DNA of 53,640 nt, from positions 1 through 53,640 of the IMG/VR virus record IMGVR_UViG_3300037962_000587. One strand, 5' to 3'. The notes under the pieces are model-generated. The model did no database searches, was not told the DNA's origin, and saw only the letters and a program-made list of their open reading frames with translations. Below are positions 45,909-53,640 of the stretch, piece after piece (position 1 is the stretch's first letter; each line of letters opens with the position of its first letter). Position numbers and translations under genes: made by a program. This stretch comes from a virus (Duplodnaviria; Caudoviricetes).

Positions 45909-46962
45909 TATTGATTACCTCTAATATTTTTCTAGCTGCATTTTCCCAAGTGTATTGATGGGCAGTTTCTATGCCAGCCTGATTTTTTTTCTTGTTCTTA
46001 TGCACTTCCCTCATAGCTAGGGCTATTGATGATATTTCCTCGTCGCCTATCTCAGCCCAGTTTCCGCAATTACCATGGAACCACTTGCCGTCATAGGCAA
46101 GTTCTTTGTTCTTTATTTGTACGAGTAGGGAGTTATCAGCGTTGCAGAATTCAGTGTGAGCTGAATAGTCTGTGGCTATTACCTGCTTTCCACAAGACAT
46201 CATCTCAAGAAGCTCAAGGTTCCAGCCCTCACCCCTTGATGGGAATACTCCGCAATCAGTTTGTGACATAATATTATACACCTCTTGCTGTGTCTCCTTC
46301 CTCCCTATAAATTTTATTTTTTTAGAGAGGTTGGAGCGATTGTACAAGCCAATCCATTCCGATTGTTCAGATTCACTATAGAATGGGTTATCGCACATCA
46401 TCCAGAGTTCAACATCATCTTCTTCAGTGAAAGCTTCCTCAAATGCTTTGTATAGTATGTCATGACCTTTTCTTACTTCCCATTTGCCACAATTAAAAAA
46501 GATTGTTTTGTCTGTATGTTCTTTTTCCACATATTTGAATATGTCAGAGTCAACTCCTAGTGGTATGACATCAATTCTATCTTCATCAAAATCTATGTTA
46601 CTTAGGCATACATCCTTTGCCCACTGGGAGCACACAAAGATTCTGTCGAGTGAACTTAGGTGATGTTTTTCCAGATCGTTAAAGGTGTCAAGTTCAAAAA
46701 TGGGAAATCCTATTCTTAGACCATGCCCCGCAAAACTAGACATGTCATGCTGATGCCAGATTTTTATTTGAGGTGCTTCAAAGACAGGCATCTTGCTCAT
46801 GGATATGAGTTCAGTTATGCAGCGAGCATCTTCTTCGTTGGTTACTGTTGGTTGACCTATTGGCCAAAGAGATACATCTGTAATCTGGCTTACAGACTTG
46901 CATATATTAAGACCTGTAATTCCATAGCCAAGTTGGTTGATAGGTGATATAATATTTATCAT
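45901..46962 (-). CDS. Glycosyltransferase family 4 (GT-B)
   Basis: IPLGVD, GKWEVRKGHD and GVFPSRGEGWNLELLEMMSCGKQVIAT motifs. Confidence 0.88.
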   Translation of the reverse strand: MINIISPINQLGYGITGLNICKSVSQITDVSLWPIGQPTVTNEEDARCITELISMSKMPVFEAPQIKIWHQHDMSSFAGHGLRIGFPIFELDTFNDLEKHHLSSLDRIFVCSQWAKDVCLSNIDFDEDRIDVIPLGVDSDIFKYVEKEHTDKTIFFNCGKWEVRKGHDILYKAFEEAFTEEDDVELWMMCDNPFYSESEQSEWIGLYNRSNLSKKIKFIGRKETQQEVYNIMSQTDCGVFPSRGEGWNLELLEMMSCGKQVIATDYSAHTEFCNADNSLLVQIKNKELAYDGKWFHGNCGNWAEIGDEEISSIALAMREVHKNKKKNQAGIETAHQYTWENAARKILEVINNV

Positions 46963-47777
46963 TGAACCGCCCTTCCTTTAAGTTTTTCCCAATCCCTCTC
47001 GGGTCTCACATCTATATTTGTAGACCAAGCTCCCTCTAGAGTGTTTAAGTTTAGTCCCAGCTTTTTTGCGAAGTGTATTATTCCATTTAAGTCTTTGGGA
47101 AAACAGCTACCTCCAAAGCCTAGTCTACCATCAGGGCCGGGAACGGCAAAGTGTGTGTTTCCGAGTCTATCATCGTAGGTGGCATACTCTATTACCTTAT
47201 CGTAGTCTACCCCAACAGCATCACATAGCATACAGAACTCGTTAGCTATTGATACCTTTGCTGCCAAAAAACAGTTTGTCAGATATTTTACAAACTCCGC
47301 CGTCTCTGATGTTGTCTGTACAATACTAGCTTTAGGGAAGACTTTGAGGTAGAACTGCTTCATTACTTTTGTTGCTGATGGAGTTCCGCCAAGAATGATT
47401 CTGCTGGTATTTTTGAAGTCTTCAGTAGCATTTCTCTCTAGGAGGAATTCAGGGTTGAAGACAACCCTTTGTTGGTTTTCTGAGGAAATTCTGGATGTCG
47501 TTCCCGGTGTTACGGTGGACTTAATGGCTACTATAGAGTTAGTATCTATTTCTTTACACACACTCTCAACTATTGATGTATCACACTCCCCATCTGGAGC
47601 CATAGGTGTGGGTACACATACAAAAGTTATGTCGCATCCACTAGAAGCGTCGGATATACTACTGAACTCACCGTCCTTGAACTTGTCATAAGTGTGGACA
47701 TTGTAATGCTTTGAAAAAGCCTTCCTTAACGCAGTCCCAACAAACCCTTGTCCTATTATGCATACGTTACCTGTCAT
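46959..47777 (-). CDS. ugd: UDP-glucose/GDP-mannose dehydrogenase family protein (short form)
   Basis: IGQGFVG, CVPTP, IKSTVTPGT, FNPEFL, AEFVKY and GFGGSCFPKD motifs. Confidence 0.88.
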   Translation of the reverse strand: MTGNVCIIGQGFVGTALRKAFSKHYNVHTYDKFKDGEFSSISDASSGCDITFVCVPTPMAPDGECDTSIVESVCKEIDTNSIVAIKSTVTPGTTSRISSENQQRVVFNPEFLLERNATEDFKNTSRIILGGTPSATKVMKQFYLKVFPKASIVQTTSETAEFVKYLTNCFLAAKVSIANEFCMLCDAVGVDYDKVIEYATYDDRLGNTHFAVPGPDGRLGFGGSCFPKDLNGIIHFAKKLGLNLNTLEGAWSTNIDVRPERDWEKLKGRAVQ

Positions 47778-48503
47778 CTACTTATTCCACTCCATTCTTA
47801 TGGTTTTCCTTGCCTTGCTTCCGTATAATTCTTCCATAGCGGCCTCATTCTGCTCTCCATGAAACCCGAATGAGTTATAGGTTTCCAGTTCAAGCCTGTT
47901 GTAATATTTTTCTTCCCTAGCCCATTCAACAGAAAAGCTCAAAGCTGTTCTTGGGTCTGGAAAATTGATGCCCTTGGAAAGCATGTAGCTGAAGTGGTGG
48001 ACGCATGAAAACCAGTCCTCTGGGACGGGTCTATCTGGGGGAAGTTGAGGTTCTTTATGTTGTTCGTTTGGGTTATACTTTTCAATTAGCTCCGAGGTTG
48101 CGTGTAAAAACTTCTGGCTCCGTAGGGAGAATCCTCCGTTACCAACCCTGTTTTCCCAGCCATGCCCCCAAGCCGCACCTATATAATCATAGTTAAGAAA
48201 TTTGTCGTCCCACAGGTGTGGGTTTATGACAAAGCCGTCCCACTGTACTACCAAGCAGTGCTCTGTCGATACATAATCCTTAAGTTTGGATAGGCAAAAT
48301 CTGTTGTATCCTTCCTCGTCCATTTCTGGTATATCTATCACCTCTATGCCATCCAGCACCTCGTCGGTTGGGCATAATAATTTCTTTTCAGCAAAGTCAA
48401 TACCCTCGCAGCATTTAACCATTGCCTTGAGAGCGTTGTTTGCCAGAGATCTTAAACCTGTTACTGATATGAGCGTAACCGTCTCTAGTTTTTTCATTTG
48501 CAA
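47778..48503 (-). CDS. DUF5672 family putative glycosyltransferase
   Basis: LVVQWDG, FLNYDYIGAAW, VGNGGFSLRS, PED, FSVE and FGFHG motifs. Confidence 0.8.
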   Translation of the reverse strand: MQMKKLETVTLISVTGLRSLANNALKAMVKCCEGIDFAEKKLLCPTDEVLDGIEVIDIPEMDEEGYNRFCLSKLKDYVSTEHCLVVQWDGFVINPHLWDDKFLNYDYIGAAWGHGWENRVGNGGFSLRSQKFLHATSELIEKYNPNEQHKEPQLPPDRPVPEDWFSCVHHFSYMLSKGINFPDPRTALSFSVEWAREEKYYNRLELETYNSFGFHGEQNEAAMEELYGSKARKTIRMEWNK

Positions 48504-49390
48504 TACCTGTGTGTTGAATACGACGTTATCATTGATGGGTTAAGCAGTATACTGTATCCATTCTCAACCATCTGCTTATGTAAACAGGGGTGGTCACAAT
48601 TTACAGTATATCCAGCACCCGGAGAATTGGCTGAGTACCTAAACTTCAAAAACGGCTCTCTCTTATATATAGCGAGGCCGTTAAAGTTTGAGTTGACAAG
48701 TAGAGGGGGTTCTCCCCTTACTGTTTTAAGGTGGTTGAATCCAGAGACCTCGTTAATCCTGAGATCAAAAACCTCTAGGGGTCGCATGGCCCAAGAGTCG
48801 AACATCATGTAGTATTGTTGCTCTACTTCCTCTAGACTCTTTGTGTTGGTGTACTCAGTGAGTATGCCGTAGGATGTAACACAGTCGGCAACTTCTAGAT
48901 AAGCAAAAGAATTGAGAAAGCCTTCATAAGACCACCCGCCTTTAAGGTCTAAATCTATAACAACCACATAGTCAAACTTATCAACATCTTCCATGGAAGA
49001 TATATAATCCATATAGACATTGCGACATTCTGCCAGCTCTGTGGCTCGTATTAGTTGGTCTGGGTCGTCTTTTTCTCTGTAGTTTGAGGACTCTCTTGAA
49101 TTTGATATGAGATGCAGGTTGTCATCATCCACTGATAGCTCAGCAACCGTGTTGTCGGTAGAATCGTTTTCGTATATGACTATCCTGTGTTCTTTGAAGA
49201 ACTCCGCAGTTTTATATATTCTTTCAAGGTTGAGTCTGGCAACAGGCTCTATGTTTCTGCATATACCACAAAATATAACAGAACTTTCTCCGCACAGCTC
49301 TTTTCCTTGGAGTACATACTTTTCGTATTGCTCAGAGTACTCTTCAGGTGCAGGAAAAAGATCTTCAGGAAATCTCGTATCTATTAACAT
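48494..49390 (-). CDS. CAP59/GT69-like (cryptococcal mannosyltransferase-like) glycosyltransferase
   Basis: IYENDSTDNT, RATELAECRN, VIDLDL, FDSWAMR and VNSNFNGLAIYK motifs. Confidence 0.7.
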   Translation of the reverse strand: MLIDTRFPEDLFPAPEEYSEQYEKYVLQGKELCGESSVIFCGICRNIEPVARLNLERIYKTAEFFKEHRIVIYENDSTDNTVAELSVDDDNLHLISNSRESSNYREKDDPDQLIRATELAECRNVYMDYISSMEDVDKFDYVVVIDLDLKGGWSYEGFLNSFAYLEVADCVTSYGILTEYTNTKSLEEVEQQYYMMFDSWAMRPLEVFDLRINEVSGFNHLKTVRGEPPLLVNSNFNGLAIYKREPFLKFRYSANSPGAGYTVNCDHPCLHKQMVENGYSILLNPSMITSYSTHRYCK

Positions 49391-49643
49391 ATATGGGTGT
49401 ATTCCTTCCTACGTATGCAGATATAGTATTAAACTCTATCCACTCTACAGAGTCCTCGTATGTCATTCCGGCTTCCTTCATGCAGGCCTCGATCATTTTT
49501 TCGTAATCGTATACCACCCTTCCTGAATCATGGCCATCAGCAACGCCAATAATAGCACTGTCAAAGCCATCGGCAAAAAGAAGATCATTACCAAAAACGT
49601 TAGAAAGGTGCTCTCTGACATCCTCGCTTGTTTGTCCATCCAT
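49365..49643 (-). CDS. Small conserved phage protein
   Basis: LFADGFDSAIIG...VVYD...EWIEFN..AYVG..TPI pattern commonly seen in phage genomes. Confidence 0.65.
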   Translation of the reverse strand: MDGQTSEDVREHLSNVFGNDLLFADGFDSAIIGVADGHDSGRVVYDYEKMIEACMKEAGMTYEDSVEWIEFNTISAYVGRNTPIYVNRYEIS

Positions 49644-49655
49644 AAAGGCCTCACT

Positions 49656-50585
49656 TTAAACTCCAATATAATTTTCGTAAATAAGTCCAGCCAACGCTAC
49701 GTCCTCTATAGCTAGGCCTGTCGAATCAAAAAAACTAATTCCTGTTTCGTGGTCGAAACCAAGGGGTAATCCATTTTTAACAATATGAAATAGATCCAGC
49801 ATTGATTCCTTGTTTTCGCTATGCTGTGATTCACCAGAGTGAAAAGCTTGAACCTTATCGTCAACTACAAACAGTGAACACACGTTGGCCACATTGTCCT
49901 CAAACTCTTGTTTGCCTTCAGCGTCAGCCCCTATCGCGTTTACGTGCATACCCGGCTCGATCCATGCAGCCTTAACAAAAGGTGATCTTGAAGGTGTTAG
50001 GGTTGTTAATATGTCACTGCCCCTTACGCAATCTTCAATTGTATCACATACTTCGCAGTTGTCAACATTAATATTTGAACAAAGTTCTCTAGCTTTGTCT
50101 TTATCTAGGTCAAACAGTTTTATTGTCTTGATATTTCTAACATTACAGATAGCTTCAATTTGAAAGTTGGTCTGGAAACCGCAACCTATGAATGCTGCCG
50201 TTTCAGCGTTACTATTAGAAAGATACTTAGTAGCCACGGCTGTTACTGCCGCTGTGCGGTAGGAAGTGATAAGCATTCCATCCATAACTGCCAGTGGGCG
50301 TCCATTTTCTAGGCTATTGACTATTATAGTGGCAGATACGCTTGGGCCGTGTCCACGGGCACCATTTTGCGGGAACAGAGCCGCCCATTTAATCCCAGAA
50401 TACTTCCCATGTCTGGCTGGCATTGCCCTGAAGTCGTTTCCTTCTAAACCCTCCTCTAGGTATATTTTAGGTACCATATCCCCTTTTTCGGGGTGCTTGA
50501 ATACATCCTCCATTAGCTCTATAACTTGGGGCATGTGGAGATTGTCAGCTATTTCCTTTTCCGGTATAAAGATTGGGTTGGACAT
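49656..50585 (-). CDS. Ornithine cyclodeaminase/mu-crystallin family enzyme
   Basis: FRAMPA, GIKW, ITSYRTAA, IGCGFQ, HVNAIGAD..GKQE and FDSTGLAIED motifs. Confidence 0.92.
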   Translation of the reverse strand: MSNPIFIPEKEIADNLHMPQVIELMEDVFKHPEKGDMVPKIYLEEGLEGNDFRAMPARHGKYSGIKWAALFPQNGARGHGPSVSATIIVNSLENGRPLAVMDGMLITSYRTAAVTAVATKYLSNSNAETAAFIGCGFQTNFQIEAICNVRNIKTIKLFDLDKDKARELCSNINVDNCEVCDTIEDCVRGSDILTTLTPSRSPFVKAAWIEPGMHVNAIGADAEGKQEFEDNVANVCSLFVVDDKVQAFHSGESQHSENKESMLDLFHIVKNGLPLGFDHETGISFFDSTGLAIEDVALAGLIYENYIGV

Positions 50586-50626
50586 GTCTGGCTCCTTTTG
50601 TGGTTAGAGGAATTGTAAACCTCTTA

Positions 50627-50635
50627 ATTATACAC
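50627..50635 (-). promoter_or_regulatory. GTGTATAAT promoter-like motif
   Basis: Intergenic, about 40 nt upstream of the OCD start with an AAGGAG RBS. Confidence 0.5.
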
Positions 50636-50655
50636 TATGAAGCAACTTAAATACT

Positions 50656-51573
50656 CTAAGTTACGGAAAAAGAAAACTCGTGAGGGGAGTATAGGGTTAT
50701 CAGGTTAGGGTTTAAGAATATGCTCTTTCCAGCCTTTCTCATTTCCTTGTGATAATATGCCCATTCGTTGGTTACTGTTCCGTCTTCGTTTTCTTCTGCT
50801 CCAAATTTGCACCCAATAATATCTTCAAGTTTGTATATACCCAACCCATTGAAGTTTGAGAATACTCCAAACGGTTTTTCTCCCCTTTCAAATCTGAGCA
50901 GGTTAGTAACTTCACATTTTTCTAAATTATTGTCTCCAAACTTTCTATAAGCCCAAGTGTCGTGGAACAACCTTTCAATCTCCACCTCTTTTTCTTGAGT
51001 TTCTTTGCATGACACTGTTTTTTCCCTGAAAAATAACCCGTTGGCAGTCATTGCTGACCATGCGTTTAAATCATAGGAGAAGCTGTTGAGAATTCCGTCG
51101 TAAGACCATCCCCCTTCAAGGTCTAGATCTATTACTATTACGTAATCAATCTTGTGGAAGGTGCTAAGTTTTTCAATGGCTTCTTGGCATCTGTTTCTCA
51201 ACTGTCCTAGGTATAGAGGCCTTGCAATTTCTCTAGAAATAGAGTCAAATCCCATATGCCCCGTTGGTTCCTGCATGAGAATAAAGTTGATATCTTCGGC
51301 GGCATATTTACGAAGTCTTTCTGCTGTCCCGTCGCTTGAGTCATTTTCATAAACTAGTAATTTGTACCCACCAAATAGTTGAGCGGTTTGATAGAGCCTT
51401 GATATCGTATGATCGAGGACTGGAGCTATGTTTTTGCAAAGACCTGTTATCACCACATTAAGTTCAGACGCTACCTTCATGCCAGCATAAAGACTGTTAA
51501 TGTAATCGTTTGCGTTGAGGGCGGAAAACAGAGATTCTGGAAAACGTGACCGTAGAAAGTTACTGGTTATCAT
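50656..51573 (-). CDS. CAP59/GT69-like glycosyltransferase (paralog of 48494-49390)
   Basis: VYENDSSDGT, LGQLRN, VIDLDLEGGWSYDGILNSF, FHDTWAYR and SNFNGLGIYK motifs. Confidence 0.7.
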   Translation of the reverse strand: MITSNFLRSRFPESLFSALNANDYINSLYAGMKVASELNVVITGLCKNIAPVLDHTISRLYQTAQLFGGYKLLVYENDSSDGTAERLRKYAAEDINFILMQEPTGHMGFDSISREIARPLYLGQLRNRCQEAIEKLSTFHKIDYVIVIDLDLEGGWSYDGILNSFSYDLNAWSAMTANGLFFREKTVSCKETQEKEVEIERLFHDTWAYRKFGDNNLEKCEVTNLLRFERGEKPFGVFSNFNGLGIYKLEDIIGCKFGAEENEDGTVTNEWAYYHKEMRKAGKSIFLNPNLITLYSPHEFSFSVT

Positions 51574-51661
51574 TCAACACCTCGTCGCAATAAAAGTCTA
51601 TAGTTTTCATGCCGTGGCCTCCAGCCCGAGATTTTCTATTAGGATTTGTTGTATGTTTCAT
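51560..51661 (-). pseudogene. 33-aa ORF, possible gene remnant
   Basis: MKHTTNPNRKSRAGGHGMKTIDFYCDEVLNDNQ; shares DFYC(D/E) and a 16/19-nt repeat with the end of the upstream gene. Confidence 0.3.
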
Positions 51662-52566
51662 TACACACCCATTCCCTTCTCACAATAAAAGTCGGTATTT
51701 TCTAGATTGTAATCATCAGCCCAAAAGTGGGCGTGATGTGAGTCGTAGCTTGGGGAGTGCCTTGTTCTAACGTAGTTATCGTTCAGTTTTATTACTTCTT
51801 CTCCAGAGGATTTGGTGTATATGCTATCTTCTTCGGGTTTTGTGGCGAGGTAGATGCCTCCGCACTGAACAAAACTTGTGCCTTTCAAATCTTCTCTAGG
51901 GTACTCTATATTCTCACCCCCAAGGGTTGTTTTGATTTTGTCGAGATCTTTTCTGGTTTGGCTCGATGAATATTCACCCCCTAGAGCACCAATATTTTGG
52001 ACTCTAGAAAGAATTGGATAAGCCTCAAAACGTTCCCCTCTAAAAGTATCATTTAAAGACGTGTCTTGCCCGCTCCAGTTGCTGCAAAAAGTTTTCCATC
52101 TGTCAAACCAAGTAGCAAATCCCCAAGGGGTATACCACTGTCGCATGTCTACTTTCCTCTTAGCGTCATCAGTGAGCCATTCTTCTGGGCGAGGCTGATT
52201 ACCCCTGTTGAATCCGCACACACTGAATAGCCTTTCGTCATATTTTAGTTGTTTGCAAAATTCAAAAAACCTTAACCCATCCTGTGATAGAAGTATGTCG
52301 TCCTCTACGTGTATGACGTAATCTGACTCATTGAAGCCCAGACTGAGAGCCTTTTTTTTGTTTTCCCACAGTCCTAAAAGCCTTTCGTTTATGACAAGTT
52401 CGGTATTTAATGGGTGAGACTCAATTAGATCTGGTATGATATTGTTTACTGGCTCAACGCAGCAAATTACCCTGTAGTCTTCTATACCTTCACATTTAGC
52501 TAGGTGATCTAGCATTAACTTAGTGCAGGTTGGCCTGTTGTAGTGTGTACTTGTTATGATTTTCAT
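51661..52566 (-). CDS. GT-A fold glycosyltransferase
   Basis: HYNRP, VIHVEDD, PWGFATWFDRW and SRVQNIG motifs; start ATG 52566 overlaps the upstream TGA. Confidence 0.8.
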   Translation of the reverse strand: MKIITSTHYNRPTCTKLMLDHLAKCEGIEDYRVICCVEPVNNIIPDLIESHPLNTELVINERLLGLWENKKKALSLGFNESDYVIHVEDDILLSQDGLRFFEFCKQLKYDERLFSVCGFNRGNQPRPEEWLTDDAKRKVDMRQWYTPWGFATWFDRWKTFCSNWSGQDTSLNDTFRGERFEAYPILSRVQNIGALGGEYSSSQTRKDLDKIKTTLGGENIEYPREDLKGTSFVQCGGIYLATKPEEDSIYTKSSGEEVIKLNDNYVRTRHSPSYDSHHAHFWADDYNLENTDFYCEKGMGV

Positions 52567-53414
52567 GGTGAAAATTTCTCTATCTGGTGCAGCAGTGTTC
52601 TCCACGGGGTGTGGGTGATGGGTTCGAGACCAGCCGCCGTTTTCTTCTTTGGGGGTGGGTCTGGGCTGTGTCCATGCTGAACAGTACATCTATCACATGG
52701 ATAATATTTTTTCCTTTTCCCTAGCATGAGATCGTCTCTCATGGATAAAAAGTTGCTGCTTTTCAAAATCTCAATCAAGCTGTGTTCCTTAATGTTTCCA
52801 AATTTATTTTTCTTTAGCCAGTCCCAGCAACACAATTGAATATCACCGCTGCTTGTTATTACTAGTTGGTCTGTTATTCTGGGGCACCCAACCGTAATGT
52901 CGTTAGGCTCATCTGTATAAATTGACATACGCGAGTCTAAGTTGCCGCCAAATATATCGTATACCACATCGGGCCATGATTTCCTCAAGTTGTCGGCTAA
53001 TTCTCTGTACTTTATAAGTTCTTCGTCAGTATATGCGGTTATGTGAAGGTGGGTTAAGCCCAAGCCTAGTAGCCTCTTGGCCTTTTCCTCGCTTAAAAGC
53101 CTTCCATTAGTCCAAATTTGAGTTTGAGCTTGGGGGCATAGTTTAATGTGCATCTCCACTATGTCGAATATTCTTTTGTCAACCATTGGGTCAGAATAGT
53201 GATGAAATCCAGTTCGCCCCTTGTAGCCGTGCTCGCTTAGCTCTTTTACTAGATTTGTTATTACGTCAAAAGGGAGTACGAAGTTGCCAAAAACTTCGCT
53301 CCTCGCTACGATAGGACATTCGTTGCAATGGTCTTTTTCCATATTGCATCGACTGATAGTTTCGATGTTTATAGACTTAAGTTCACTAATATATTGTTCT
53401 GGGGTAGTTTTCAT
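52563..53414 (-). CDS. Radical SAM protein with SPASM/twitch domain
   Basis: ETISRCNMEKDHCNECP, TNG, and C...GDIQLCCWD...GNI...CDRC. Confidence 0.85.
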   Translation of the reverse strand: MKTTPEQYISELKSINIETISRCNMEKDHCNECPIVARSEVFGNFVLPFDVITNLVKELSEHGYKGRTGFHHYSDPMVDKRIFDIVEMHIKLCPQAQTQIWTNGRLLSEEKAKRLLGLGLTHLHITAYTDEELIKYRELADNLRKSWPDVVYDIFGGNLDSRMSIYTDEPNDITVGCPRITDQLVITSSGDIQLCCWDWLKKNKFGNIKEHSLIEILKSSNFLSMRDDLMLGKRKKYYPCDRCTVQHGHSPDPPPKKKTAAGLEPITHTPWRTLLHQIEKFSP

Positions 53415-53640
53415 TTTTTCTCTTTTTTTGTAAAAATACAGAAGCCCTTACCTTTGCGATTCCATTCCTGTCTTAATAAAGATGGTTGAGATGAAGAGAT
53501 GAATTCACAGGCTTGATCAACACCATTAATAGAACATCCATTTGGGGGACCAGATTTGTAATCATCAATTAAAATAATGCCACCTTCGTTGATGTGTGGT
53601 AGTACTGAAAGAATATCTTTCAAGCACCCATCGTAAGAGT
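53411..53640 (-). CDS. Class I methyltransferase (Methyltransf_24-like), C-terminal part; runs off the window
   Basis: SYDGCLKD...GGIILIDDY...GVDQAC. Confidence 0.7.
   Translation of the reverse strand, partial: SYDGCLKDILSVLPHINEGGIILIDDYKSGPPNGCSINGVDQACEFISSSQPSLLRQEWNRKGKGFCIFTKKEKK

Noticed and set aside
453-51969. Numerous plus-strand ORFs of 60-173 aa in the track
   Set aside because: They lie antisense to well-supported minus-strand genes, have no recognisable motifs, and look like shadow ORFs.
52567-52689. N-terminal extension of the 342-aa ORF overlapping the radical SAM gene
   Set aside because: The ATG at 52566 forms an ATGA overlap and begins the GT fold; the extension is likely spurious.
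1-53640. Stop-codon reassignment as seen in some large phages
   Set aside because: Conserved proteins are full length in code 11, and TAA, TAG and TGA all occur at natural ends.

Overview
A densely coding 53.6-kb segment in which essentially every real gene lies on the minus strand with tight, often ATGA/TAATG-coupled spacing. Gene content points to a large dsDNA bacteriophage, not a cellular chromosome: divergent RecA, DnaB, a short DnaG, dNMP kinase, Cas4-like nuclease, SSB, a family-C polymerase split in two genes around a DnaQ gene, class II RNR, dUTPase, PhoH and a minimal sigma factor. There are no ribosomal or housekeeping operons, and no capsid, terminase or tail genes are recognisable in this window. 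Four Tat-signal DUF1501 paralogs and other genes suggest a Planctomycetota host (inference). Modules in transcription order (right to left): (1) glycosylation island B, ~45.9-53.6 kb, with an inserted ornithine-cyclodeaminase-family gene; (2) sigma factor and a monocistronic probable structural gene; (3) a terminator-bounded 7-gene candidate lysis unit (membrane PAS protein, holin-like protein, papain-like peptidase); (4) nucleotide metabolism, recombination and replication; (5) a cassette of four DUF1501 genes interleaved with small modular phage proteins; (6) split DnaE, DnaQ and SSB; (7) glycosylation island A, ~0-17.6 kb, including a nonulosonic-acid pathway and an inserted lysine-6-dehydrogenase/aldehyde-dehydrogenase pair. 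No tRNA, rRNA, CRISPR array or IS element was recognised by eye. All family assignments come from motif recognition, not from database searches.
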